Assembly: GCA_963759485.1 (NCBI GenBank)
Contig: CAVWZE010000002.1
Span: forward strand, 1,498,618-1,562,617
Reading direction: 5' to 3'
DNA from: an uncultured Acidobacteriota bacterium
GTDB taxonomy: Bacteria; Acidobacteriota; Terriglobia; Acidiferrales; UBA7541
Length of the DNA: 64,000 nucleotides
A program made the translations under genes and the position numbers. The notes under the pieces were generated by a model that saw only the letters and a program-made list of their open reading frames with translations, ran no database searches and was not told where the DNA came from. This document shows, piece after piece, positions 39,181 to 49,036 of this stretch. The first letter of the stretch is position 1. Each line of letters begins with the position of its first letter.

Positions 39181-40092
39181 ATGAGGCGGACTTCCACAAT
39201 CTTATTGGCGCTGGGTGCGGCTATTCTCTTGGTGATCGGCCTTGTGACCCTAGTTCGCGCGCGCCGCATCCTAGCCTCGAATCACGCCGCTTCTTCCCAC
39301 TCATTAGCTGCTGATGCCAAAAGCGCCCAAGAGAGCGGCGATGATGCCGATGATTCGGGCGTGCCGTCGGTAATCCGCTTCGCGCGCAATCCCGAGCGCA
39401 TGCCTCCGTTTCTAGTAAACGATCTGGACGGCGGCATCATCTCCACAGCCGGTTTGCGCGGCAAAGTCGTGCTAGTGAACTTTTGGGCCACCTGGTGCCC
39501 GCCTTGCCGCGAGGAGATTCCAGAGCTGATCGAACTCTCCAGCCGCTACAAGGAGAAACTCCAGATCATCGGCGTCTCGATGGACGACTCACCCGCCAGA
39601 GAGGTTCGGGAATTCGCCAAGGAGATTGGCATCACCTATCCGGTGGTGATGGGTAGCGGCGCCATTGAGGCCGAATATGGAGGCGTACCTGCCCTTCCTA
39701 CCTCATTTATTATCTCGCCCGAAGGACGCGTCGTCCAAAAGCACGCCGGCCTCTACCCCATCGGAGTTTATGACACCGAAATCCGGTCGTTGCTCGGCAT
39801 GCCCGTAAAGGCGAAGGTTGAAACATTCCAGGATGTGGGCCAGATTTTCATGAAAAATGCAGCGAACGCGACGGAACTCCCCGGCGTGGATTTTAAGGGG
39901 CTGACTGCGGCGCAAAAGCGCGAAGCTCTGAAGCGCATGAACACGGAGCTTTGTACTTGCGGGTGCAAGTTCACCATCGCGCAATGCCGCATCAACGATT
40001 CAGCCTGCGCCACAAGCAAGGCCCTGGCCGCCAAAATCGTCCACGACATCGTCGCCGGCCACCCCACCCCCACCACCGCCGTCGCAAACTAG
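39181..40092 (+). CDS. TlpA/ResA-family thiol:disulfide oxidoreductase with Cys-rich C-terminal extension
   Basis: N-terminal TM helix, VVLVNFWATWCPPCREEIPEL, C-terminal CTCGCKFTIAQCRINDSAC. Confidence 0.8.
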   Translation: MRRTSTILLALGAAILLVIGLVTLVRARRILASNHAASSHSLAADAKSAQESGDDADDSGVPSVIRFARNPERMPPFLVNDLDGGIISTAGLRGKVVLVNFWATWCPPCREEIPELIELSSRYKEKLQIIGVSMDDSPAREVREFAKEIGITYPVVMGSGAIEAEYGGVPALPTSFIISPEGRVVQKHAGLYPIGVYDTEIRSLLGMPVKAKVETFQDVGQIFMKNAANATELPGVDFKGLTAAQKREALKRMNTELCTCGCKFTIAQCRINDSACATSKALAAKIVHDIVAGHPTPTTAVAN

Positions 40093-40228
40093 CAGCTATT
40101 CAGGGTACGATTTGGCGGCAGGCAACTTCAGTCCCTGCCTGGCAATTGCGATCAAATACCCGAATGGAGTAGCAAGCGAGGCGCTCCCGGAAGGCAACAC
40201 TTTCGATTGGGGATCGTAACGGTTTGAA

Positions 40229-40870
40229 TCACTTTGCTTGAAAGCCGCTGATAGTCTTTTCGAAGATGCGTTCAGCAAAGCGCTTGTCCAACGAAGCATG
40301 CCCCTGCAACCATCGGAAAAAGAGAGGACCATTGAGTGCGTCGATTAGTAACTCCGGATCGGTCGCCCGCTTCAATTCGCCTGACGCGATAGCCTCTTCA
40401 ATAATGCCGCGTTGGATCTGACGCCTTGGCACCACATACCTTTCCAGGAACATTCGCCGGAGCTTCTTGTCTTCGTGGATGCCTGTGATGAGACGTGCCA
40501 TCACAGCGCCATCTTCAGAGGACAGAAACTCACGCGCGCGCAGCACGTAGCGGCGCAGACGCCCTAATGCGGAGCCGGTGCCCGAAATCGCGAGGACGGG
40601 TTTCATATGCTCAAAGCACGCGTCAAACAAGATTTCTTCCTTCGACTTCCACCACCGGTATAAGGTGGCGCTGCTTACGCCAGCCGCTTTAGCAATCTCA
40701 TGGGAGCCCACTGTCTGAAATCCCTTGTTCCTCAAGAGCGTGTATGCAGCACCCAGAATGTCCTGCTTCGCCTGCTCGCTTCTGGGTCGACCACGAGTTC
40801 TGGTCCCGATTTCCTTCGGCATCTCGCCATCCTCAATTACGAAAGTAACTGTTTCGTTTTCTCTTGACAA
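40229..40870 (-). CDS. TetR/AcrR-family transcriptional regulator
   Basis: ILGAAYTLLRNKGFQTVGSHEIAKAAGVSSATLYRWWKSKEEI is an HTH typical of TetR. Divergent from the SDR gene. Confidence 0.85.
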   Translation of the reverse strand: MSRENETVTFVIEDGEMPKEIGTRTRGRPRSEQAKQDILGAAYTLLRNKGFQTVGSHEIAKAAGVSSATLYRWWKSKEEILFDACFEHMKPVLAISGTGSALGRLRRYVLRAREFLSSEDGAVMARLITGIHEDKKLRRMFLERYVVPRRQIQRGIIEEAIASGELKRATDPELLIDALNGPLFFRWLQGHASLDKRFAERIFEKTISGFQAK

Positions 40871-40936
40871 GCAGCGAATCGACAGTATAGAAACTAAACC
40901 AGCGGTTTCGTAATGTCAATAAGACGGAGCAGACAA

Positions 40937-41734
40937 ATGGCTACTTCATCCACGTTTCCTGCAACAGGCGAATTCAGCGGCAAGCAGGTCTTGGTCACCG
41001 GAGGGACAAAGGGCATCGGTAAAGCGGTTGCTGAGCGGTTTCTGCGTGGCGGAGCGACCGTCATCATAACGGCGCGTTCTGCACCCGTGGAAAAAGCGGA
41101 AGCGCACTTTATTCAGGTCGATCTTTCAACCCCTGAGGGGACCATGACAGTCGTTCGCGAGATCCTTGAAGCATTTGGGGGTGTGGATATCATCGTCCAT
41201 AATCTTGGCGGCTCATCCGCTCCCAGCGGCGGTTTCATGACAGTCACCGATGAACTCTGGCAACAAGCTTTGAACGAGAACTTGTTTCCCGCTGTAAGAC
41301 TTGATCGTGGGCTGTTACCCTCAATGATCGCGCGAGGCTTGGGTGTCGTCATACACATCTCGTCGATTCAACGGCGGATGCCGCTTTATGACTCTACCCT
41401 CGCCTATGCCGCCGCTAAAGCCGCGCTCACCAATTACAGCAAAGCCTTATCGAACGAGGTCAGCCCGGAAGGAATTCGAGTGGTGACCGTCTCACCTGGA
41501 TTCGTCGAAACAGATGCCGCAACCAGAATGATCCAACGCATGGCCAGTAAGGACCAGAGCGACTACAAGGCGGCACGACAAAAACTGATGGATATGCTTG
41601 GTGGCATTCCTTTAGGCCGTCCGGACAGGCCGGAAGAGGTTGCGGAACTAGTGGTCTTTCTTGCATCGGAGAGAGCTTCCGCCATTACGGGCGCCGAATA
41701 CGTAATTGATGGAGGCACAATCCCAACGATTTAA
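40937..41734 (+). CDS. SDR-family oxidoreductase
   Basis: ORF 40913..41734. VLVTGGTKGIGKA, NLGG, YAAAKAAL. ATG at 40937 is preceded by GGAG. Confidence 0.85.
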   Translation: MATSSTFPATGEFSGKQVLVTGGTKGIGKAVAERFLRGGATVIITARSAPVEKAEAHFIQVDLSTPEGTMTVVREILEAFGGVDIIVHNLGGSSAPSGGFMTVTDELWQQALNENLFPAVRLDRGLLPSMIARGLGVVIHISSIQRRMPLYDSTLAYAAAKAALTNYSKALSNEVSPEGIRVVTVSPGFVETDAATRMIQRMASKDQSDYKAARQKLMDMLGGIPLGRPDRPEEVAELVVFLASERASAITGAEYVIDGGTIPTI

Positions 41735-41875
41735 GGCGCGGTTTACGACCGTCACGTTCATTCTTTGCTTGGCGAAGTTGCCTCTAATCGAAAGGGAATG
41801 CCGATGCAGATCGAGGGCGCCGGCAACCGGGCTGGAGAATGTAGGGCTGTGCACGGATAAGCTCAGGAGGACTCA

Positions 41876-42169
41876 ATGGCTAAGAAGGGATACTGGGTAG
41901 TGTGCTACGAATCCGTCTCGAATCCAGCCGCGATGTCAGAATATGCGAGGCTTGCGCGCCCTGCGCTGGATGCTTTGGGAGGTCGGGTGATCATTGGAGG
42001 CAAGCCCGCGGAAACCCGCGAGGCGGGAGCAGATCAACTGGTCGTCCTCGTTGAGTTTGAAAGCCTGGAAAAGGCGATCGCCGCATATGAAAGCGACCTG
42101 TACAGGGCCGCGCTAAAAGCCTTCGACAACGCCGCGCAACGGGATTTTCGTATCGTCGAAGCTGCGTGA
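41876..42169 (+). CDS. DUF1330 domain protein
   Basis: 97-aa ORF. KGYWVVCYESVSNPAAMSEYARLARPAL...VVLVEFESLEKAIAAYESDLY is typical of DUF1330. Confidence 0.7.
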   Translation: MAKKGYWVVCYESVSNPAAMSEYARLARPALDALGGRVIIGGKPAETREAGADQLVVLVEFESLEKAIAAYESDLYRAALKAFDNAAQRDFRIVEAA

Positions 42170-42298
42170 CGGCCCAGAGCAGCGAAGAGTCCGCACAATC
42201 CATCGATTCGATTTGGCGCGGCTGCAACGCCATTCCACGGGACTCTCTACTTCGGGGTCGTGTTCGATCCCCCGCCTCCCCGGTCCTCCCTGCGATGG

Positions 42299-43195
42299 CT
42301 ATTTGAGTCCTGCTTCCGCGAGCATTCCAAGGAACTGCTTCTGCGTCCGCATATCGATGGATTGTGCGACCAGTTTGCCGTTGCGGTCATAGACGAAGGT
42401 TTTAGGAATTCCATCGACTTGAAATAAATCGTTCACCTTGCGACCTGGATCGAGCAGGATCGGGTACGTCACTCGATGCTCAGCGATGAACGGCCGCACC
42501 TTGGCCGCATCTTCATCCGAAATGGCAAGCACAACGAGGCCCTGGCCCTTGAACCGATTGTAGAGAGTTTCGAGATCGGGCATTTCCTTGCGGCACGGCG
42601 GACACCAGGTAGCCCAGAAATTCACAACGACAACTTTTCCGCGAAGTCCGCTAAGCGTCCAACTTTTGCCCTCCAGATCTGTAAGCGTGAAATCCGCACG
42701 CTGGCGCCCTTCGTCATCGCTGCTAAGTTTTGCCATTGCCGCTGAAAATTCCGGTGAATCAGACGCCGCTCGCATGTGCTCGTAACGGACCAGTTCCGCA
42801 AGCTCTATGTACGGCGCGGCGGGATGACCCTTTTCTTCGGGGACGGGGTGTTCGCGAAGCGCATCAGCAAGAGTGGTCGTCACCTCCTGCAAGGTCTCGC
42901 GCCCGAAATCACCTTCCGTCGAGAGATTGGCGAGAGAATTCGCCAGTGTCAGTTTGTTGGCGCCGGCCGGCAGTTCCCGAATCTGAAGCGCAAGCTGCTT
43001 CGTCGTCCGCGCGCGAACATCATCTGGCAGCGAACGCAGCGAACTAATCTGTTGCACGATGGGTTTCTCCTGAGCGTTCCAAACGATTTTCTCCTGTCCG
43101 GCGCGCGAGGCCGGTGGTACGAGAACAAAGATCGTTGTCAGGATCACCTCGAAGATTAGGCCGCGCATTTTCACGTCAGCTACTTCTGGCGACAT
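42299..43195 (-). CDS. TlpA-family redoxin with N-terminal extra domain
   Basis: VVVVNFWATWCPPCRKEMPDLETLY...GLVVLAISDED. N-terminal signal/anchor. Confidence 0.8.
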   Translation of the reverse strand: MSPEVADVKMRGLIFEVILTTIFVLVPPASRAGQEKIVWNAQEKPIVQQISSLRSLPDDVRARTTKQLALQIRELPAGANKLTLANSLANLSTEGDFGRETLQEVTTTLADALREHPVPEEKGHPAAPYIELAELVRYEHMRAASDSPEFSAAMAKLSSDDEGRQRADFTLTDLEGKSWTLSGLRGKVVVVNFWATWCPPCRKEMPDLETLYNRFKGQGLVVLAISDEDAAKVRPFIAEHRVTYPILLDPGRKVNDLFQVDGIPKTFVYDRNGKLVAQSIDMRTQKQFLGMLAEAGLK

Positions 43196-43261
43196 TTCGT
43201 CACCGAGGATATTTTACTTCTAAGCGTCTGCCTCCGGCTTGCATCTGTTCCATGTCGCAAG

Positions 43262-43738
43262 TCAAACTTTCGTGACACGCCCGGAAAGCAATGAATTCAG
43301 TCGAGCCACAAACTCGAATTCCGCCGGATGAATTTTGGCGCGCGCCGCATCCAGCGTGAAAAAATCGGCGTGATCGATTTCCGGGAATTCCTTTTGCTTC
43401 CCGGAGTGCGGCGGCCACTCGATTGTGAAAGTATTGCTTTTCAAAACGGCAGGATCGCAATCGCCCTCAAACGCCCATGCGGTAACCGTTTTCCCGCTCT
43501 TGTGCTTCACGCTTCCGAGAGGTTGCACTTCATCGCCCGGATCAAAACCGGTTTCCTCTTTGAATTCGCGCTTGGCCGCCTCAAGTTGGTCTTCGCCGGG
43601 CTCCACTTCTCCCTTGGGCACAAACCAAGCCCCGGCGTCCTTCTTCGCCCAAAACGGCCCTCCCAGATGCGCGAGCAAAACCTCCAACTTTCCCTCCCGC
43701 ACCCGATACATCAGAAGCCCCGCGCTTCTCTTCGCCAT
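43262..43738 (-). CDS. NUDIX hydrolase
   Basis: ORF 43262..43834, start MAKRSAGLLMY at 43738. Nudix box GEVEPGEDQLEAAKREFKEETG. Confidence 0.8.
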   Translation of the reverse strand: MAKRSAGLLMYRVREGKLEVLLAHLGGPFWAKKDAGAWFVPKGEVEPGEDQLEAAKREFKEETGFDPGDEVQPLGSVKHKSGKTVTAWAFEGDCDPAVLKSNTFTIEWPPHSGKQKEFPEIDHADFFTLDAARAKIHPAEFEFVARLNSLLSGRVTKV

Positions 43739-43981
43739 GGTTGATCGCCGCAAAAGTCCACAGGAGTTTGTTCTTGCGCTAGCCGTTCCCTGCTCTAATA
43801 TAGGCGCGTGCCAAATACTAGGGAAGTCGAGCAAAACATGGGCTGCGGCGGCCGAAAGAGAAATCCCGCCGATCCGACGGCGGCCACGCCTCGCTCATCT
43901 CTACTCGCAAGTGAGAGACGATTAGAACGTGGCGCAACTTACAGAAAACAAAGGATCGAGGTAGATTCTACTCGCAACTTT

Positions 43982-45699
43982 TTGCGATGGGTCGCTCTTC
44001 GATCCTCAATTTTCTCTCTGATACTTTCGGGCTTGATCGTCGTCGGAGCGGCATGGACGATATCAGCTCCAAAGTCATCCGCTTCTCAGTCCGCCTCATC
44101 CAAACTGGTTATCGCGCCCGATCTTGCCCAGCAGTTCGCAAAATTCAAGCCTATCAAAATTCCTTTCAACTCGAAGCGATCTCACCCCGCGCGAAAAGGA
44201 AATGGTGGTTAAGCTCGTCGACGCGGCTGGCCTCCTCGACTGCGTCTTCTGGCGTCAGAGCGATCCCGAGGGGCTGAAGCTTTATCTCTCGCTGGCCAAA
44301 AGCAAGAATCCGCAGGACGAAATGCTGCGCGAATATCTAAAAATTAATGGCGGTCGCTACGATCTCATCAACGACAACAAACCCTTCGTCGGCACGCAGC
44401 CGATGCCGCCCGGCCGTGGCTTTTATCCAACGGATCTTACGCGCAGCGCATTCGACGCCTATGTCGCGGCGCATCCCGCGCAAAAAGCGGCTCTGTACAA
44501 CGGTCAAACGATAGTCAGGCGCAAGGGCGATGCTCTCGAAGCCGTTCCCTACCACGTCGCATTTCGCGAATTTCTCGTTCCCATGGCCGCGGATCTTCGC
44601 GCCGCCGCCGCGCTCAGCGACGATCCTGCTTTCGCGAAATTCCTCCGCCTGCGCGCCGATGCCCTGCTCTCTGACGATTACTATCCGAGCGACATCGCCT
44701 GGATGGACCTCGAAAATCCGAAATTCGACGTCGTCTTCGCTCCTTACGAAATTTATCTCGACGATCTGCTCGGCGTGAAAACCTCCTACGGCGCGTCCAT
44801 CATGATTCGCAACGACGCCGAAAGCAAAAAACTCGCCGATGTTCCAGAAATACGTTCCCGATCTGCAGGAATCGCTTCCACTCCCGCACGAGGATTTGCC
44901 TTCCGAACGCGGGCAGCGCTCGCCGATGGAAGTGGTGGACGCCATCTATCGCTCGGGCGACCTGCTCCACGGCTATCAGGCCGTGGCCGATAATCTGCCG
45001 AACGATCCGCGCATCCACCAGGAAAAAGGCTCGAAGAAAATCTTCTGGAAGAATTTCCTCGATGCGCGCGTGAACTTCATCATTTTGCCGCTCGCCGAGC
45101 GCCTCCTGCCGACCGATCAAGCCAAGATGGTTACCGGCGAAGGCACGCTCGACTTTGTTATCCTCCACGAAATCTCCCACGGACTCGGCCCCACATACGT
45201 GCACGGGTCGAATGGCAAGCTTCACATTGGCGAAGCAATCGGCCCGCGATATTCCGCACTCGAGGAATCCAAAGCGGACATCACCGGTCTGCTGTGCGTG
45301 AAGTGGCTGGTGGATCACGGTGTAATTCCAAGCGGCAAGTTAAATGAAATTTATGCGTCCTTTCTCGGCGAAACTTTTCGCACCATCCGCTTCGGAATCG
45401 CCGAGGCCCACGGCGCGGGCGCCATGATGGAGCTGAGCTACCTTACGGAACAGGGTGCGATCCGCCGAAACTCTTCCACCGGCCTCTACGAAGTTGATTT
45501 CAAGAAAATGCCCGGCGCAATCGCGTCGCTCGCCAAGGAATTGCTCGAACAAGAGGCCACGGGGGACCGCGCGCGCACCGAGAAGTGGTTCACAAAATAC
45601 GCAGTTATGCCCCCGCAGCTCTCCGCTGCGCTCGCGAAAGGCTCCGACATTCCGGTGGACGTTGATCCGCAATTTGATTTTCATCCGCCGTTGCGGTAA
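43982..45699 (+). pseudogene. DPP III-like (M49-related) zinc peptidase of the HExxH/EExKAD type, about 2 apparent frameshifts (near 44190 and 44838)
   Basis: Pieces are signal/anchor LRWVALRSSIFSLILSGLIVVG (ORF 43808..44212 frame), DLTPREKEMVVKLVDAAGLLDCVFWRQ (44124..44993), and FQKYVPDLQ...ILHEISHGLGP...ALEESKADITGL (44839..45699). Confidence 0.6.
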
Positions 45700-45791
45700 G
45701 AACGTTTCTTACCCAGCCGATTTGTCCCAGCCTTACACCAACCATTAACGTCCCGCGATGAAGATCGGGACTCACGCCGAAAGGAGAAGTT

Positions 45792-46277
45792 ATGGCAAAA
45801 GTAAAACCAGTTCCGGAAGGTTTTCACACTGTCACACCCTATCTTGTGGTTGATGACGGAGCCCGCGCAATTGAGTTCTATGAGCAGGCGTTTGGCGCCA
45901 AGGAAGTCATGCGCATGCCTGGACCCGATGGGAAAGTTTCGCACGCCGAAGTCAAGATAGGCGACTCGATCATCATGCTGGGCCCTTCGCAGGCAAGTAC
46001 TGGGGTTCGCTCTCCCCAATCGCTTGGCGGCTCCACGGTCAGTATCTTTTTGTATCTCGAGGACGTTGACTCGACCTTCAAGAAGGCATTGTCTGCGGGC
46101 GCCAAGGAAGCACAACCGCTCGCCGACCAGCTCTGGGGCGACCGCTACGGCCGGCTTACCGATCCGTTCGGCCATTCCTGGTCGCTGGCCACTCACAAAG
46201 AGGATGTTTCAGCGGAAGAGATGAGCCGGCGTATGCAGGAAGCAGCGAAGAAGCAGCGCGCGCAGGCAGCCGGTTAG
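45792..46277 (+). CDS. VOC-family protein (PhnB-like glyoxalase fold)
   Basis: PEGFHTVTPYLVVDDGARAIEFYEQAFGAKE...HAEVKIGDSIIML...LWGDRYGRLTDPFGHSWSL. Confidence 0.8.
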   Translation: MAKVKPVPEGFHTVTPYLVVDDGARAIEFYEQAFGAKEVMRMPGPDGKVSHAEVKIGDSIIMLGPSQASTGVRSPQSLGGSTVSIFLYLEDVDSTFKKALSAGAKEAQPLADQLWGDRYGRLTDPFGHSWSLATHKEDVSAEEMSRRMQEAAKKQRAQAAG

Positions 46278-46373
46278 AGATGCGTAGATTCGGCGAGGGT
46301 TCAAGGATCGCTCGATTTCCTGATCCGAGAGCTCTCGCCGAAATCGGCCGCCAACCGTCGCGAAAAAAAATGA

Positions 46374-46649
46374 CTAGAGGATGCTCTGGATTTCCGCGTC
46401 AATCGAAACGTGCGTCTGCGGGAAGCCGTTGATCTGGAAATTCGCGCCTGAAGCGCACTCAAAGTGGAAGTAGCGGCTGATGTGGTAGTCCTCATCGAAT
46501 GTGCCGAACACATCCTCGACTTCCTGGGCCGAAAGGCCCAGGGAATCCAGCGGCACCGGCCGCCCATAGCTGCCTGCCGCTCCCAAATACTTCTGGACAA
46601 CCTGGTTTAACTCGATTTTGGCGCCCGAATCCGGCGTTGGCATCGCCAT
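46374..46649 (-). CDS. Hypothetical small protein
   Basis: 91-aa ORF with ordinary composition. No recognisable motif. Confidence 0.35.
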   Translation of the reverse strand: MAMPTPDSGAKIELNQVVQKYLGAAGSYGRPVPLDSLGLSAQEVEDVFGTFDEDYHISRYFHFECASGANFQINGFPQTHVSIDAEIQSIL

Positions 46650-46772
46650 CGACTCCGTTCAAAAGTGTCTCTGCACTTCCAGACGGCGCATGGTAGCAGA
46701 ATACGGCGCGATTATCCCTCGGGTAAAACACCTGCAAAAACGCATCAAAATCAAGCCGCCGGAGGCGGTGGC

Positions 46773-46802
46773 TTGCGTTTCAGGGGTAACCAAGCTTATA
46801 CT
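46773..46802 (+). promoter_or_regulatory. Sigma-70-like promoter candidate upstream of rimP (TTGCGT-N18-TATACT)
   Basis: Read directly from the sequence. Lies about 120 nt upstream of the rimP start. Confidence 0.3.
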
Positions 46803-46832
46803 AAATTTGCTTCCAGATAGGTCGCACAAACT

Positions 46833-46856
46833 AGTGGGCGCGAGCCCACTTTTTTG
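46833..46856 (+). terminator. Intrinsic terminator-like hairpin in the rimP-nusA leader
   Basis: AGTGGGC-GCGA-GCCCACT followed by TTTTTTG. No plus-strand gene ends upstream of it. Confidence 0.55.
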
Positions 46857-46919
46857 TTGGCCGCATGAAACTGGGACGCGGTTCCGCCGGTTGGGGGTAA
46901 CTGCTGCGATTAGAAGAGA

Positions 46920-47393
46920 ATGGACCTAGAAAGGATTCGACAGGCGGCGGAGAGGGTGGCCCATTCCGAGGGTCTGGAAATCTTCGACGTCGAGTGGAAG
47001 GTCGGAAAGCAGCGGCTGCTGCGGGTTTATATCGACCGCCTGCCCGATCCGGAACACCTCGACGCTGCCGTGAGCCACAGCGACTGCCAGCGGGTGAGCG
47101 AGCAGTTGAGCGTAATTTTGGACGTGGAAGAGCTGATCCCTGGAACAGGCAGTTATGTACTGGAGATCAGTTCACCGGGGCTGGATCGAAAGCTGATCAA
47201 GCCGGGCGACTACGAACGGTTTGCGGGAAGGCTGGCAAAAATCTGGCTGACGGAGCCAGTCGAGAACCAGAAGTACTGGGAAGGCCGGCTGGCCGGCCAC
47301 GACAATGGCGTCGTAAAGCTGGCGGTGCGCGATCGTGAGGTTGCCGTGCCGTATAACCAGATTCGGAAGGCGAATTTGGTCGTGGAATTGTGA
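46920..47393 (+). CDS. rimP: Ribosome maturation factor RimP
   Basis: LRVYIDR...VLEISSPGLDRKL. First gene of the nusA-infB operon. Confidence 0.9.
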   Translation: MDLERIRQAAERVAHSEGLEIFDVEWKVGKQRLLRVYIDRLPDPEHLDAAVSHSDCQRVSEQLSVILDVEELIPGTGSYVLEISSPGLDRKLIKPGDYERFAGRLAKIWLTEPVENQKYWEGRLAGHDNGVVKLAVRDREVAVPYNQIRKANLVVEL

Positions 47394-47431
47394 TGGGCCA
47401 TAAGGGCATCGGGGGGAGAAGGAAGAGACAG

Positions 47432-48967
47432 ATGGTCAGTCTGCTATACCAGACAATCGAGCAGATCAGCCGGGAGAAGCACATTGAACCGGAGATCATC
47501 GTCGCGGCCATCGAGGACGCGATGGTCGTGGCGGCACGCAAATACTACCGGACTGAGGAAGAGCTGCGCTCGAAATTCAACCCCGAAAGCGGCCAGATTG
47601 ATGTTTTTTCAGTTCACATGGTAGTGGACGAAGTAGCGGATCCTGTTCGAGAAATTTCCCTCACGGACGCCCGCAAGCGAAACCCGGAAATCGAGGTCGG
47701 CGGCGAAATTACGCAGACCAAACCTACCGACGTGCTCGGGAGAATTGCCGCGCAGACCGCCAAGCAGGTGATCCTGCAAAAAGTGCGCGAAGCCGAGCGG
47801 GATACGATCTACAACGAATTTCACACCCGGGTGGGCGAGCTGATCAATAGCGTGGTAAAGCGTATGGAGGGTCCGGACATGATCGTGGACCTCGGCCGCA
47901 CGGAAGCGCGGCTGCCAAAGCGCGAACAGTCGCGCCTTGAGGCCTACAATGTCGGCGACCGGCTCCGCGTAACGATTCGAGCGGTCGAGCGCGCTGCAAA
48001 AGGACCGCAGGTGGTTGTTTCCCGCGCCGACCCGGCCTTGGTGCAGCGGCTCTTCGAAATGGAAGTTCCGGAAATTTATGACGGCACCGTACAAATCCGC
48101 GCCGTGGCGCGCGAAGCGGGCGAGCGCACAAAAATCGCAGTCGAAAGCCGTGACAAAGATGTGGACCCCGTGGGCGCGTGCGTCGGGATGAAGGGCATGC
48201 GCGTCCAGTCGATCATCCGCGAACTTCGCGGTGAAAAGATCGACATCATTCCGTACAGCGAAGAAACAGTCGCTTTCGCCCAAAAAGCCCTCAGCCCCGC
48301 GAAAGTTACTCGCGTGCAGATCGTGGACCCGGAGGAAAAGCGCCTCGAAGTGATCGTCGAGGATACCCAATTGTCGCTGGCCATCGGCAAGAAGGGGCAG
48401 AACGTCCGCCTCGCCAGCAAGCTGATCGGCTGGAATGTGGATATCAAGAGCGAGGAAGAAAAGCGACGCGAAATCGAAGCGCAGATGGCTGCGCTCACCG
48501 CTCCCGGCACCGCGCTTACCGAACTCAGCGGCGTCGGCCCGAAAACAATTGAGAAGCTCGAAGCCGCGGGAATCACCTCGATCGAAAAACTCGCCGACAT
48601 GACCCCTGAGCAACTAGTAGAAATTCCTGGCATCGGCGAGAAAATGGTGGAAAAGATTCACCAATCGGTCGCGGCGTACTTCGAGGCCCTTGAAGCGCAG
48701 CCGATCGCTCCGATTGAACCATCGACTGAAGACGAAGCGGCGGCGGAAGCAATGCCGCAAGCGAGTGAAGCAAGTGTTGAAGCGCCGGAGGCAACGGAGG
48801 CGGAGGACGAGGCGGGAACGGCCGACTTGACCGAAGAGGCGCAAGTCGAGCCGGTGCCGAGCGCAGAGGAACCGTCTGAAGAGGCTGAAGAAACCACTCC
48901 GGCGGATAAGGAAGCAGCCTCCACGGTAGACGAAAGCGCCGAGAAGAGAGAAACTCCCGAGGAATAG
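47432..48967 (+). CDS. nusA: Transcription termination/antitermination factor NusA (with acidic C-terminal tail)
   Basis: ORF 47390..48967. I prefer the ATG at 47432 (MVSLLYQTIEQISREKHIE), preceded by GGAGAAGGAAG. S1/KH regions (AVGACVGMKGMRVQSI, SLAIGKKGQNVRLASKL) and HhH repeats are present. Confidence 0.9.
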   Translation: MVSLLYQTIEQISREKHIEPEIIVAAIEDAMVVAARKYYRTEEELRSKFNPESGQIDVFSVHMVVDEVADPVREISLTDARKRNPEIEVGGEITQTKPTDVLGRIAAQTAKQVILQKVREAERDTIYNEFHTRVGELINSVVKRMEGPDMIVDLGRTEARLPKREQSRLEAYNVGDRLRVTIRAVERAAKGPQVVVSRADPALVQRLFEMEVPEIYDGTVQIRAVAREAGERTKIAVESRDKDVDPVGACVGMKGMRVQSIIRELRGEKIDIIPYSEETVAFAQKALSPAKVTRVQIVDPEEKRLEVIVEDTQLSLAIGKKGQNVRLASKLIGWNVDIKSEEEKRREIEAQMAALTAPGTALTELSGVGPKTIEKLEAAGITSIEKLADMTPEQLVEIPGIGEKMVEKIHQSVAAYFEALEAQPIAPIEPSTEDEAAAEAMPQASEASVEAPEATEAEDEAGTADLTEEAQVEPVPSAEEPSEEAEETTPADKEAASTVDESAEKRETPEE

Positions 48968-49036
48968 CACCGGCTCCCGGCGGAATCGGCGCCGGGCAAA
49001 AGAGTTTTGGACGACTTGTTCAAAGAATAGAGGCTG

